Shown here piece after piece: positions 17,438 through 28,047 of a stretch of 64,000 nucleotides of DNA. Below the pieces are notes generated by a model. That model saw only the letters and a program-made list of their open reading frames with translations. It ran no database searches and had not been told where the DNA came from. How positions within the stretch are numbered: the first letter of the stretch is position 1; every line of letters begins with the position of its first letter. This DNA is from an uncultured Candidatus Saccharibacteria bacterium (GTDB lineage Bacteria > Patescibacteriota > Saccharimonadia > Saccharimonadales > JACDBH01), in contig CAYSJS010000001.1 in the NCBI GenBank assembly GCA_964431415.1, positions 65,740 to 129,739 on the forward strand, written 5' to 3'. Both the position numbers and the translations under genes were made by a program.

Positions 17438-18451
17438 ATGAGCGAACAGACGGATGCACTTAACAGCATCATATCCAATGCAACACGTATTGTAATTATC
17501 CAGGCCGACAATCCCGATGCGGACTCGCTGGGGAGCGCCTTGGCGCTTGAAAGTATCTTGGGCGACATGGGCAAAGATCCTCTGCTGTACTGCGCGCTGG
17601 ACATGCCGGAGTACCTTCGTCATATGCCGGGCTGGGACAGGGTTAACAAGGAACTTCCGGTTCAGTTTGATGCCAGCATTATTGTCGATACCAGCACGAT
17701 TACTCTGCTCGAGAAGCTACAAAATTCCGCTCAAGCGGTCTTAGTGCAAAAAAAACCTTGCATTGTACTGGACCATCATGCCGATGTACCTTGCGACATT
17801 CCCTATGCCAGCGTGGTCATCAATGATGCCGGCAAAGTATCCACCGGTGAGCTTATTTATGATCTCGCAAAACAGTTTAGCTGGCCGCTATCGCTGCAAA
17901 CCTGCGAATACATTATGAACTCGATATTGTCTGATTCGCTCGGTCTGTCGACCGAAAACACTACCGCAACCACCTACCGTGTCATGGCCGAGCTGGTCGA
18001 AGTCGGCGTACAGCGTTCTAAGTTAGAAGAATTAAGACGGGCGCTGAATAAAATGCCGCGCGAAATACTCCTCTATAAAGCCAAGCTTATTGAACGCACG
18101 CAGTTCGAGCTGGACGGAAAGCTCGCGCTCATAACTATCCCCCAGCAAGAAATCAATACATACAGTCCTCTGTATAACCCAGCACCACTCATACAGGGTG
18201 ACCTCCTGCAAACAGAGGGGGTATTGACGAGCGTGGTAATTAAAGCCTACGACAATGGCCGCGTGACCGCAGCTATACGCAGTAACTACGGCGCACCTAT
18301 AGCGGCCGATCTCGCCAAGCATTTTGGCGGCGGCGGACATGCGTACGCAGCCGGATTTAAGTTAGAGGGCAGGGCACTCAGCGAAATAAAGCTGGACTGC
18401 GTACGCTACTGCCATGAACTATTTGAAAAAGTTGAGGGCCAGCAAAAATAA
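17438..18451 (+). CDS. DHH-family phosphoesterase (NrnA-like oligoribonuclease/pAp phosphatase)
   Basis: Motifs IIQADNPDADSLGS, IVDT, VLDHH and GGGGHAYAAG (DHH plus DHHA1). Confidence 0.85.
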   Translation: MSEQTDALNSIISNATRIVIIQADNPDADSLGSALALESILGDMGKDPLLYCALDMPEYLRHMPGWDRVNKELPVQFDASIIVDTSTITLLEKLQNSAQAVLVQKKPCIVLDHHADVPCDIPYASVVINDAGKVSTGELIYDLAKQFSWPLSLQTCEYIMNSILSDSLGLSTENTTATTYRVMAELVEVGVQRSKLEELRRALNKMPREILLYKAKLIERTQFELDGKLALITIPQQEINTYSPLYNPAPLIQGDLLQTEGVLTSVVIKAYDNGRVTAAIRSNYGAPIAADLAKHFGGGGHAYAAGFKLEGRALSEIKLDCVRYCHELFEKVEGQQK

Positions 18452-19860
18452 TGAAACTCTATAACACTCTTTCGCGCAGCCTGGAAGAAGTCCGACCCCA
18501 AGAAGAAAATACCCTAAAGCTGTATACCTGCGGCCTGACCGTGTATAGCCAGCCGCACATCGGTAACTGGGTTGCGTACATTTACTGGGACATCCTGGTG
18601 CGGGCGCTCCGTGCAAGCGGCTACAAGGTAACGCGCGTCCAAAATATTACCGATGTCGGACACCTCACCAGTGACGAAGATGCCGGTGAAGATAAAATGC
18701 TTAAGGGGGCGCTGCGCGAAGGTCTGAGCGCTTGGCAAGTGGCAGAAAAATACATGCATATCGCAGACACCGAGGCTTACACCGAACTCGGCCTCGTTCG
18801 GCCGGATCACATGCCGCGTGCCACCCAATACATTCCGCAGCAAATCGCATTCGTTACAGAGCTCGAAAAAAAAGGCTTTACCTACACCATTCAAGATGGG
18901 GTTTATTTTGACACGAGTAAACTCAAAGACTATGGCAAGCTAGCACGACTCGACATCGATGGCCTCCAGTTTGGCGCTCGCGTCGCCGACACCGGAAAAA
19001 AGAATCCCACCGACTTTGCGCTCTGGAAATTCTCGCCGGCCGGCGAAAAACGCGACATGGAATGGGATAGTCCGTGGGGCAAAGGGTTTCCGGGGTGGCA
19101 TCTAGAATGTTCAGTTATGGCTCGAGAGCTGCTGGGCGACACTATCGACATACACACTGGTGGCATTGACCATATCCCGGTGCACCACACCAATGAAATT
19201 GCCCAGTCCGAAGCACTCACCGGAAAAGTATTTGCGCACACCTGGGTTCACGCCAACCATCTTAAGGTAGACGGAACAAAAATCAGCAAATCCCTCGGCA
19301 ACGGCTACACGCTTAGCGATGTCTTAGAAAGAGGCTTTACGGCCGACGCCTTTAAGATACTGGTATTATCTAAACACTACAGAACCGAAGGTAACTTCAC
19401 CTGGGAAATTCTGGAGGCGGCAGCTCAAAGGCTCAAAGGTTTTGAAGCTTTTGCCGACCTCAAGTATCAGGACAGCCCCGATGCAGGCACGCTTGGTAAG
19501 GACTATTTCGCCCAGCAATACCAGCGATTGCTGGATGCCGTATGTGATGACCTAAAGACTCCTGAGGCACTCGCTATCATTAATGACACCATCGATCATA
19601 TAGAGCGGCATGGGGGAGGTGTGCATACTATGCATGTTGACGATATGCAGACTTTTCTGACCAAGATAGATAATTTGCTTGGGTTGCATTTGAGCCAACG
19701 CAGCGATATCTCGGCTGCAGAAAAAGATCTGATCAAAGAACGTATGCGAGCACGGCAGGATAAAAACTGGCAGGAATCCGACAGACTCCGAACCGAACTA
19801 GAAAAGAAAAGAATCGGTATTCGCGACACCGTGCACGGAACAACGTGGTATCGCTTATAA
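18451..19860 (+). CDS. cysS: Cysteine--tRNA ligase
   Basis: MKLYNTLSR..., HIGN signature (QPHIGNW), KISKS (KMSKS-type), WHLECS. Start overlaps the previous stop. Confidence 0.97.
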   Translation: MKLYNTLSRSLEEVRPQEENTLKLYTCGLTVYSQPHIGNWVAYIYWDILVRALRASGYKVTRVQNITDVGHLTSDEDAGEDKMLKGALREGLSAWQVAEKYMHIADTEAYTELGLVRPDHMPRATQYIPQQIAFVTELEKKGFTYTIQDGVYFDTSKLKDYGKLARLDIDGLQFGARVADTGKKNPTDFALWKFSPAGEKRDMEWDSPWGKGFPGWHLECSVMARELLGDTIDIHTGGIDHIPVHHTNEIAQSEALTGKVFAHTWVHANHLKVDGTKISKSLGNGYTLSDVLERGFTADAFKILVLSKHYRTEGNFTWEILEAAAQRLKGFEAFADLKYQDSPDAGTLGKDYFAQQYQRLLDAVCDDLKTPEALAIINDTIDHIERHGGGVHTMHVDDMQTFLTKIDNLLGLHLSQRSDISAAEKDLIKERMRARQDKNWQESDRLRTELEKKRIGIRDTVHGTTWYRL

Positions 19861-19902
19861 CAAGCGTTTTTCGCGCTGAGGTTTAAACCTGGAAGAGTTT
19901 TT

Positions 19903-21036
19903 TCAGGAGTGTGCCGCCGGTCCGGGAGCGGGTGCCGTATGCGCATCACTAGAACTTAAGATGTTTTTTCTGTTCAAGTAATCTACCAGCAGGATCCGAA
20001 TACAGCCTGCCACCGGTATAGCAACAAGACCGCCAACCAATCCGTTGAAGCTTACACCAATAATGACTGAGGTAAACACCAGTAGGGGCGACATGTCGGT
20101 GGAGTTTGCCTGGATACGCGGCTGAATTGCATAATTTTCGATCTGTTGATACAAAATGTAAATACTAAGGACAATAAGCGCTGTACCCGGCGAGTTAAAG
20201 AGGGCAACCGTAGAAACTATCAAAGCGCCGATAGTGTGTCCAACCAGCGGAATGAGTCCGCAGATAAATATAATTACCATCAAAGCAACCGGGTAACTTA
20301 CATCGAGCAAGAAGAGGGGAACCACTATAACCAGAGCCGCTATCGCAGCTAATAACACTTGACCGTTGACGTAGCCTTTAACCACTTTATACATATCGCG
20401 CGCCAGCTTTTCTGCGTGCGGTTCTTTATCGTCCGGCATAAGCCGCCGAGCAAACGCTATCCAACGCGGCCCCTCGATTAGCATCATGAAAGTCAGCACC
20501 AAAACTGTTAGGCTGGAGAATATGCTGCTACCAACTCGGGTTACGGTCGATACGGCGGAGCCACTTAAGTTTTTGAGCCGGCTCGAAAGCTGTGAAGAAA
20601 GTTTATCGACTTGATCTTCCAGCTTATACTTCCTTACAAAACTACCCGTAGAAGAATTCTCATCGCGCAGCTGTTCAATAAGCGCCGGAGCCTCATTCAA
20701 AAAACTGCTCGTCTGCTTAACTAACGGCGGGACAATACTGGCAATAAATCCGATCAATAAAGAGATGATAATAAAAAACGATAATGCTGTTGCGAGCGTA
20801 CGGCTGCCTCTCCGCTTCCCAGGGATAGCTTGGGCAAGCGCGTGCACCGGTGCATTGAGCGCCAAGCTCAAGAAAAAGGCAATAAACAACAAGGTAAGCG
20901 CATGCGAAGCCTGCTTTATAGCCAACAGACCCAGAAACGAAAAGGTAATTAAACCTACAATTCGGAGAATAGTACGGTTAGAAATAGTTACACGAACAGT
21001 CTGAGTTGCTTTTGGATCTTTTGATATTAACGCCAT
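19903..21036 (-). CDS. AI-2E family transporter (PerM/UPF0118)
   Basis: 377 aa with ~8 TM segments. Conserved LIPLVGHTIGA and ENYAIQPRI blocks typical of AI-2E family permeases. Confidence 0.75.
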   Translation of the reverse strand: MALISKDPKATQTVRVTISNRTILRIVGLITFSFLGLLAIKQASHALTLLFIAFFLSLALNAPVHALAQAIPGKRRGSRTLATALSFFIIISLLIGFIASIVPPLVKQTSSFLNEAPALIEQLRDENSSTGSFVRKYKLEDQVDKLSSQLSSRLKNLSGSAVSTVTRVGSSIFSSLTVLVLTFMMLIEGPRWIAFARRLMPDDKEPHAEKLARDMYKVVKGYVNGQVLLAAIAALVIVVPLFLLDVSYPVALMVIIFICGLIPLVGHTIGALIVSTVALFNSPGTALIVLSIYILYQQIENYAIQPRIQANSTDMSPLLVFTSVIIGVSFNGLVGGLVAIPVAGCIRILLVDYLNRKNILSSSDAHTAPAPGPAAHS

Positions 21037-21043
21037 GTAAGCA

Positions 21044-22171
21044 TTATTGCATGTTCACTCGCTCATGCAAACAGCGTTTATATATTGAAACCACTTGTTC
21101 GCCAACAACCGCTATGTCATATTGCTGCACCGCTTCTTCTTGCCATGCGTGCATCTTATCGCGGAGCGAATTGTCTTCTACGAATAACCGAAGCTGCTCA
21201 GAAAAGGCATTGGTATCTTTAGGGTCGAACAGCAAATACGGCTGCTGACCCAGCACACTTCGGTAGCCAGGATTATTACCGCCGAGTACCACGCCCGCAC
21301 CGGCCGCCATTGCTTCAACCAAGACAATACCAAACGACTCACCGCTTATAGACGGGAATACAGCTATATCGGCACTGGCTAAAAAGTTAGCTTTTTCGGC
21401 TTCGCTTACATAACCGGCAAAATGCACCTCGCGGTTCCCGTGAACCATCTGTTTTGCCTTCGCTTTGAGCGGGCCCTTGCCGCCAATCAGCAGTCTGGTC
21501 CTTGATGCTACCACGTCATCCAGGTTGTTATATGCCTTAATTAGTTCTAGTACACCCTTTCTTTCTACCAAACGCCCCAAGAAAACAATATTGAGTTTGT
21601 TTTTTCCGTATTCTTTTAGCCGTTTCCCGCTTCGGAAGTCACTCATAACAATAGGATTTGGGACATATTCTGCGTTTATGCCGTATGCTTTCCGCGCAAA
21701 GTGGATTGCGGGCTCAGAAACTGCCATGATGGCATCAAAACGGTGCAAACTACGCCCAAGCAGCACTCTCAGCGCCTGGTTCGAATAGCCATGGAGCCGC
21801 GAGGCGGGCAAAATATGAAAAGTTCCGATAACTGCAGTTTTTGGACCGGCATATTTTATTACCTGTTTGGCCAAAAAAGGGCTATACGGCAGCATAATAT
21901 GAAGCACGTCGAACTGTTCATGCTCTAAGAGTTTTTTGATAGCTTTTCGGCTTGCCGGCAGTGGAGTACGAACGGTGTTTTTGTTGTAACGCAAGTTCAC
22001 AAAACGGCCAAGGCTGTGCACGTTGGGCAAATCCTTACGGGAAGTATCGGCGACTAAATAATGAACTACATGACCTTCGCTGCGAAGCCATGTCCCGAGA
22101 GTAATAACCGCCTGTTGCACGCCATCCGGTTTATCGAGTGTGTCGTCGAGAACTAGGCCAATTTTCACCAC
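21044..22171 (-). CDS. Glycosyltransferase family 4 (GT-B)
   Basis: C-terminal E-x7-E region FPSISGESFGIVLVEAMAAG. Paralogous to the neighbouring GT. Confidence 0.85.
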   Translation of the reverse strand: MVKIGLVLDDTLDKPDGVQQAVITLGTWLRSEGHVVHYLVADTSRKDLPNVHSLGRFVNLRYNKNTVRTPLPASRKAIKKLLEHEQFDVLHIMLPYSPFLAKQVIKYAGPKTAVIGTFHILPASRLHGYSNQALRVLLGRSLHRFDAIMAVSEPAIHFARKAYGINAEYVPNPIVMSDFRSGKRLKEYGKNKLNIVFLGRLVERKGVLELIKAYNNLDDVVASRTRLLIGGKGPLKAKAKQMVHGNREVHFAGYVSEAEKANFLASADIAVFPSISGESFGIVLVEAMAAGAGVVLGGNNPGYRSVLGQQPYLLFDPKDTNAFSEQLRLFVEDNSLRDKMHAWQEEAVQQYDIAVVGEQVVSIYKRCLHERVNMQ

Positions 22172-22185
22172 ATACCTCTCTTTTT

Positions 22186-23310
22186 TTATGAATGCTTTGC
22201 TTTTGCGGCTTTTTCGTACACCGCGACATACTGGTCTATAACCCGTTTGAAGTCGTACTGCTTAATCTCTTCCTTAGCCCAAGCCAGCCATAACTTTCGC
22301 ATGTCTTGATCATACAGAAGCAGCTCCAGCCGGCGGGCAAATTCTTCAGTGTCTTTGACGTTAACCAAAGACAGCAGCCCCCGGTCCTTCATCACACACG
22401 CATAGCCCGGGTTATCGCCGGCCACAGTCGGAACACCGGCAGCCATAGCTTCGATCAATACGATGCCAAAGCTCTCGCCGTAAATGGCGGGCGAGCAGAA
22501 CAGAGCAGCCTCATGAAGCAGCCGCAGTTTTGTGTCCTCGTCTACATTGCCCAAAAAAGTGACCCGCGGAATATCATTGTCTTCGACGTACATTTCCATT
22601 TTTTCGCGTTCCGATCCATCGCCTGCCAGAATAAGTTCAGCATTTTGATCCCGTTCTGCCAGCAAAGAAAAAGCTGCCAGCAAATACTTTACGCCTTTTC
22701 TTTTTTCGAGCCGTCCGACATACAAAATTTTGTTTTTAGATCGCTCCACACCGGCCGGCGCCGTTGCATAATGGGGTATGTCTACATAGTTAGGCACAAT
22801 TTCGACCGGCAGCTCTGCCCATTCACGCACAAAACGCGCCGCACTATCCGATACTGCTGTCATTGCCGCTAAATTTTTGAAGATGGATTTCGCGTAAGGT
22901 ATGCGCAGCAATTCTATGGTTTTACCCACTGCCGTTTCCGGAATAGTTGCGTGAAAGGTCGCCACAATAGGGCAGGTAGCATGAGCCGCAATCTGAGCAC
23001 CCAAAACTGGTATTTCCGGTTCGTGTACGTTGAGCACATCAAAATGCTCGGCCTCCAGCATGCTTTCGATCATGCTCGGTTCCAGGGTTATGCCAAATTC
23101 ATTGGTCGTGTTGAGCGGCGTGTTCCACTTGGCCGACTGACCTACAAATATTACTCGTTCGGGCACTTCACCCTTATAACTACGCGGCCTAGGAGTAATG
23201 ATGCGTACATCATGTCCGCGCTCTGTCAGCTCTGCGTCCAGGAGTTGAATCAGTTTTTGGACGGCGCCATGCCGAAAAAAATCATACGGGCATACAAGTC
23301 CGATCTTCAT
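22186..23310 (-). CDS. Glycosyltransferase family 4 (GT-B)
   Basis: CSPAIYGESFGIVLIEAMAAGVPTV. In tandem with 21044..22171. Confidence 0.85.
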   Translation of the reverse strand: MKIGLVCPYDFFRHGAVQKLIQLLDAELTERGHDVRIITPRPRSYKGEVPERVIFVGQSAKWNTPLNTTNEFGITLEPSMIESMLEAEHFDVLNVHEPEIPVLGAQIAAHATCPIVATFHATIPETAVGKTIELLRIPYAKSIFKNLAAMTAVSDSAARFVREWAELPVEIVPNYVDIPHYATAPAGVERSKNKILYVGRLEKRKGVKYLLAAFSLLAERDQNAELILAGDGSEREKMEMYVEDNDIPRVTFLGNVDEDTKLRLLHEAALFCSPAIYGESFGIVLIEAMAAGVPTVAGDNPGYACVMKDRGLLSLVNVKDTEEFARRLELLLYDQDMRKLWLAWAKEEIKQYDFKRVIDQYVAVYEKAAKAKHS

Positions 23311-23380
23311 ACACCTATCCTACCATGATTCGCTAAAAGCTTAAAACCAGGCGGGCCAACAAACATAACCTCAGGCAAGC

Positions 23381-24322
23381 CTAAGACTTGAGCTTCTTGC
23401 GCAACAGCTTATGAATCTTTTCAGGCACCAGAACCGCCGACTCTTCTTTACCGGCAATGACGTTCGGCATGTGACCGTCAAGCGGGATAATAATCGAGTT
23501 TACCTTTGTAAAGATTCGCTTCATGTTTTTTTCTACGAGATCGTTATCAAAATAAATATCCGCCTTTGTATGGATATGCCAGACCGGCAGATTAACTTTG
23601 CCCTTGCAGTTATTTAGTTTTAAGAAACTGACCGTTGTAGCCCAATGCGTACGTATGTCGTTCAGCCGCCATAAGTGAATTTCGTATTCGGTAAGCAATT
23701 TTCGATCTTCGTCGTCTAGGTTTTTAAATTTGTGCTTTGCATTATGGGTACGGCTATAGAATGTTCTCAGCACCATCGGATGCAGGATAACGCTGCGGAA
23801 AAAAGCTGCCCGAAGACGATGCGTAAAGAAGCTTGACCCCATGATGTACATCCGGTAACGGGTGCGCGTAAAGGTAAATTCGTCTTTATGCGTAAAACCA
23901 ACCACACTAATAAGCATATCTACTCGCTCGGCAATGTCCGGATAGCGCTCCAGCATACGAGTAACAGCCACAAAGCCATACGACACACCGATTATAGAAA
24001 ACCGCTGATTTTTCTTGTATCGAAGCTTCACAATTGATGCAAGATAGTCGGCCATTGTGTCAAGATCCGGCTTCTCACCAATCGTATATAAACTATCCAT
24101 ACCGCCAAAGCCAGGTAGATCCGGCATGGTGATGCCAATATCGTCGTTTATAACCTGCGCAAAACTGTACAGTCGCTCGAGCGAAGAGTGGTGCCCGTAG
24201 ATCACGAGAGCTTCACGCTTAGTACCGGCAGGCGGCGGCATACGAAGCATGCGCCCTTTTAAGCCGTTCATATTTAGCGGAACAATATATTGTGCCGGTA
24301 TTTCGATTTTTTTAGATGACAT
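23381..24322 (-). CDS. Alpha/beta-fold hydrolase
   Basis: LVIYGHHSS oxyanion region and nucleophile elbow GVSYG. 313 aa. Confidence 0.65.
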   Translation of the reverse strand: MSSKKIEIPAQYIVPLNMNGLKGRMLRMPPPAGTKREALVIYGHHSSLERLYSFAQVINDDIGITMPDLPGFGGMDSLYTIGEKPDLDTMADYLASIVKLRYKKNQRFSIIGVSYGFVAVTRMLERYPDIAERVDMLISVVGFTHKDEFTFTRTRYRMYIMGSSFFTHRLRAAFFRSVILHPMVLRTFYSRTHNAKHKFKNLDDEDRKLLTEYEIHLWRLNDIRTHWATTVSFLKLNNCKGKVNLPVWHIHTKADIYFDNDLVEKNMKRIFTKVNSIIIPLDGHMPNVIAGKEESAVLVPEKIHKLLRKKLKS

Positions 24323-24416
24323 TTGCTATATCGTAGTACGTAACGCAAAAGATGACAAGGCAGGACTATTGTGTTTGAGTCATACACGGTCTCTTTGCAA
24401 GAAGAGGGTTCTTCTC

Positions 24417-24445
24417 TTGACTCCGAAGATTCATTATGCTAAAGT
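24417..24445 (+). promoter_or_regulatory. Candidate promoter of the DEAD-box helicase gene with ~125-nt 5' UTR
   Basis: -35 ttgact (24417-24422), 17-nt spacer, -10 taaagt (24440-24445). Confidence 0.35.
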
Positions 24446-24577
24446 TAAAATAATTGTTTTGAAATGAATCCGGGTGTTTTTTGATGGTTAGTATTAGTAC
24501 TCGCTGTTCATTACCGAGCAATCACGAGAGTACTATTATTTAACCTACTTTATAGAGAAGGGTTCAGACCTAAAGTT

Positions 24578-25768
24578 ATGTATACACCAAGCCAGAGACG
24601 CCGCCTTAACCGCGGTACTTTTTCAGCAAACAAAAACAACGGCCGCCGTAAAGGCTTTGCCAAACAAAATATACATCCCAGCCGCTTCGTTAAGCCGGCT
24701 CGCATCATAGAAGAAGAAACCTATACCCCAGCCCATTCGTTTGGGGACTTTCCGATGCATGATCTCCTAAAAAAGAACGTGGCCGCCAAAGGCTACCAAT
24801 CTCCTTCGCCAATCCAAGATAAAGCAATTCCGCATAGTCTTGCAGGCAAAGACGTACTAGGCATCGCCAATACCGGCACGGGCAAAACCGCAGCGTTCGC
24901 ATTGCCACTTTTGAGCCGCATTCTGGAAACTCCAGGCAGCCGAGCGCTTATTATTGCACCCACTCGGGAACTTGCGGAACAGATTGAAGTCGAATGTCGT
25001 TCGTTTGCGCGCGGCAGCGGCTTGTTTGGCGTGCTTTTGATCGGCGGCGCCAGCATGACCAACCAGCTTCGGGACCTCAAAAAGCGCCCGGAAGTAGTAA
25101 TCGGCACCCCGGGCCGTATTAAAGACCATGTCGAAAGGGGCACGCTCGACCTCAGTACCTTTAACATGGTGGTGCTCGACGAGGTTGACCGTATGGTTGA
25201 TATGGGCTTTATTGCCGATATACGCTACCTGCTGGGCGGTATTCCGTCCGAGCGTCAGTCTCTTTTCTTTTCGGCGACCATTGAGCCAAAGGTGTCCCAG
25301 TTAATTCATACGTTTCTAAACGATCCGATTACCATTTCTGTGCGTACCGGCGAAACCAGCGACAATGTCGAACAAGACGTTATATATTACAGTGGACGAG
25401 AGGACCGAATAGACAAACTGCATACGGTACTCAACCAGGCAAAAGACGGCAAAGTACTTATCTTCGACGAAACAAAGTTCGGAGTCGAACGCTTAGGCAA
25501 CGAACTCGTTGCACGCGGCTTCAAAGCAGATGCTCTGCATGGCGGAAAAACCCAAGGCCAGCGTCAGCGCGCACTTCGGCGTTTTCGAGCTAATGAAGTA
25601 ACCATTCTCGTCGCAACCGACGTTGCGGCACGCGGCATTGACGTTGCGGACATTACACATGTCATAAACTATGCTACACCAAACAGTTACGAAGATTACG
25701 TGCACCGCATCGGACGCGCCGGCCGTGCCGGACGCACTGGTAACGCGCTTACTTTTGTGTCGAGATAG
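24578..25768 (+). CDS. DEAD-box ATP-dependent RNA helicase
   Basis: Q motif GYQSPSPIQ, motif I ANTGTGKTAAF, motif II DEVD, SAT, motif VI HRIGRAGRAGRTG. Confidence 0.92.
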   Translation: MYTPSQRRRLNRGTFSANKNNGRRKGFAKQNIHPSRFVKPARIIEEETYTPAHSFGDFPMHDLLKKNVAAKGYQSPSPIQDKAIPHSLAGKDVLGIANTGTGKTAAFALPLLSRILETPGSRALIIAPTRELAEQIEVECRSFARGSGLFGVLLIGGASMTNQLRDLKKRPEVVIGTPGRIKDHVERGTLDLSTFNMVVLDEVDRMVDMGFIADIRYLLGGIPSERQSLFFSATIEPKVSQLIHTFLNDPITISVRTGETSDNVEQDVIYYSGREDRIDKLHTVLNQAKDGKVLIFDETKFGVERLGNELVARGFKADALHGGKTQGQRQRALRRFRANEVTILVATDVAARGIDVADITHVINYATPNSYEDYVHRIGRAGRAGRTGNALTFVSR

Positions 25769-25777
25769 CGTAACGAA

Positions 25778-25812
25778 TCGTATATCGTATTTAGTATTTC
25801 GTATTCTGTAAT
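25778..25812 (+). repeat. Imperfect heptanucleotide tandem repeat (TCGTATT-like, 5 units)
   Basis: Units tcgtata|tcgtatt|tagtatt|tcgtatt|ctgtaat at exact 7-nt phase, ~80 nt upstream of the first pilin-like gene. Confidence 0.7.
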
Positions 25813-25892
25813 CTATTGTCTAAATTCTGTACTCTAAGCGTCTAATTCCCAGTTCCTATACCTAACCATATGCATTATACTTAAGATCAAGT

Positions 25893-27458
25893 ATGAGCGA
25901 ACGGAAAGAGGGTGGGTTTACTTTGGTAGAGTTGCTGATCGGCATGCTCCTCCTTGGTATGATTGCCATTAGTGCTTTTACCCTATTTTCGACCCTTATC
26001 CGCAGCACCGTGATCATAAAAAGAAAGGCTATTGCGTCAACGCTCGCCACCACTCAGATGGAGTATTTGCGGTCGCTGCCATATAACTCGCTGGCAATAG
26101 CTGGCGGCCCGATTTATTCCACCTCTTATCTGCCGGCAACAAAAACGACTGTGCTCAATAACATCACCTACACCACGACCACCACGGTAGAATACGTAGA
26201 TGACGCGTACGATGGCTGCGGATCTTACCCGACACAAGCGCTCAAACAAACCTACTGCCGCAACTATCCGCCGCCTAGCGGGGCGCCCGCCACCGACACC
26301 AATCCTCAGGACTATAAAATTGCCCACGTCAAAGTGACCGACCAAAACAGCTTAATTTTAGCCGAGGTCGACTCACAAATTTCGGCGCGCGTTGCAGAGA
26401 CCGCCAGCACCACCGGCGCCCTGTTTGTAAAAATTTTGGACCAAAACGGCAATCCTTTGTCCGGCGCAACCGCCCAGGTAAGCAACACTACAACGACGCC
26501 GGTCATTAACTTGAGCGACACCACCGACAGCAATGGAGTAGCCATTTTTTACGGGCTCCCGCCGGACACCACCGGCTATGACTACGTAGTAACCGGCACT
26601 AAAGCTAACTACTCAACACTGTTTACGATAGCCCCGAGCGGCTCGCTCGTTCCCACCTATCAAAGCCAGCGAATCCTGACTCAAGCCTCTTCCTTTGTGA
26701 CGCTGACCCTAAAGCAACAGGGAACAAATAGCCTCGTGATTGAGGCAACCGACACCGGCGGCAGCCCCATCAACAACCTAAAGGTGTATGTGAAAGGCGG
26801 CTATAAAAAATACACTGCAACGAGTGATACCACGTACTATTTCGACAACATGACTCCCGCAGACACCCGTCCCACTACCGACTCAAGCGGACTTGCCGCC
26901 CTTACTAACCTAGTACCGGGTAACTATATATTCTGCAGCGAAACAGCCGGCACGAACTGCCGCGTTGGCAATACTAACTACTACGTGGCTGCAGTGCTGC
27001 CATACAGCGGCACCAACTCATTCAACCCACTTGCGGTTCCTTCGTATGATGCAACCGATCCTCCAGCCACTACCTATACCTATAACGGGTCCGAATACTT
27101 ACAAAAAGTGCGCCTCATCATGACGACAAGCAGCTCATTCCCGCGGGTATATACGCTCGCACCAGAAGACGTAAGTCTTGCGACCAGCAACCTTAATGCC
27201 TTCGCGTTTCAGATTACCGGCGCTAACTTGCCGTGCAGCAGCAATCCGGCCAGCTGCGGCACTACCATAAGGTTCAGACAAGGGGCAAACACCTATAATG
27301 TTAGCTGCACAGGGAATGCGAGCGGCGCCACCCTAAACTGCAGCGCTAATTTGAACGGTGTTTCACTCGGACTTACGCAGTTAGTGGTAACGGTGGGCAG
27401 CAATACCCTCACCATTCCGGCCGGTTCAATGCTGGGAGGTCTCAATGTCGGCTCGTAA
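25893..27458 (+). CDS. Large type IV pilin-like protein (prepilin-type N-terminal cleavage/methylation domain)
   Basis: MSERKEGGFTLVELLIGMLLLGMIAI is a class III signal (G|FTLVE). The 521-aa remainder is rich in Thr, Ser, Asn and Tyr. Confidence 0.8.
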   Translation: MSERKEGGFTLVELLIGMLLLGMIAISAFTLFSTLIRSTVIIKRKAIASTLATTQMEYLRSLPYNSLAIAGGPIYSTSYLPATKTTVLNNITYTTTTTVEYVDDAYDGCGSYPTQALKQTYCRNYPPPSGAPATDTNPQDYKIAHVKVTDQNSLILAEVDSQISARVAETASTTGALFVKILDQNGNPLSGATAQVSNTTTTPVINLSDTTDSNGVAIFYGLPPDTTGYDYVVTGTKANYSTLFTIAPSGSLVPTYQSQRILTQASSFVTLTLKQQGTNSLVIEATDTGGSPINNLKVYVKGGYKKYTATSDTTYYFDNMTPADTRPTTDSSGLAALTNLVPGNYIFCSETAGTNCRVGNTNYYVAAVLPYSGTNSFNPLAVPSYDATDPPATTYTYNGSEYLQKVRLIMTTSSSFPRVYTLAPEDVSLATSNLNAFAFQITGANLPCSSNPASCGTTIRFRQGANTYNVSCTGNASGATLNCSANLNGVSLGLTQLVVTVGSNTLTIPAGSMLGGLNVGS

Positions 27459-28047
27459 TTATTCACAAAAAGGTTTTACGCTCATAGAACTCGTGATCGG
27501 ACTGTTTATTATTAGTATTATTTCGACCGCGTTCTTCACGTTCTTTAACACTTCTATAAGTCAGTACCTGTCTCTTCACCGTGACAGTATGGCGTTTGGC
27601 GACCTTGCCACTCAGACACAACGAGTCGCAAATGTAGTGCGCAGTCTAACCGACATAACGCAAGCAGAAAATAACGAACTCACTATGTATGCTTACTTTG
27701 CGCCAAATGATACATACGTATCTTTAGTGCATTATTACTTAACAAACAGCAACACCAAAATGGTTGCAGACGTTACGCGTATGACTTCAAACCCACCTAT
27801 TGGTACACCGATTGCAGCTTCTTTAAAGAACTTCAAAATCATCGATAACTTTTATCTTGCAAGCAATCTTAATACGTTTAATTATTACGATGGGGGAGGC
27901 AACTTGCTTACACCGCCCATAGCCGACCTTCATACCATCAAAACAATCAGGATTAAACTTGCCGTGCCGTCTAAGTCGCCTGTTGCTACCAGCAACACAA
28001 CAATGACTGTTGATGTTTCGCTGCGAAACAGAAAGACAAACCTATGA
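27445..28047 (+). CDS. Type IV pilin-like / minor pilin protein
   Basis: MSARNYSQKGFTLIELVIGLFIISIIS prepilin signal. Overlaps the upstream gene by 14 nt. Confidence 0.8.
   Translation: MSARNYSQKGFTLIELVIGLFIISIISTAFFTFFNTSISQYLSLHRDSMAFGDLATQTQRVANVVRSLTDITQAENNELTMYAYFAPNDTYVSLVHYYLTNSNTKMVADVTRMTSNPPIGTPIAASLKNFKIIDNFYLASNLNTFNYYDGGGNLLTPPIADLHTIKTIRIKLAVPSKSPVATSNTTMTVDVSLRNRKTNL

Noticed and set aside
25160-25180. DEVD instead of DEAD in motif II of the RNA helicase, as a sign of inactivation
   Set aside because: DExD variants are common and functional in this family, and all other helicase motifs are intact.
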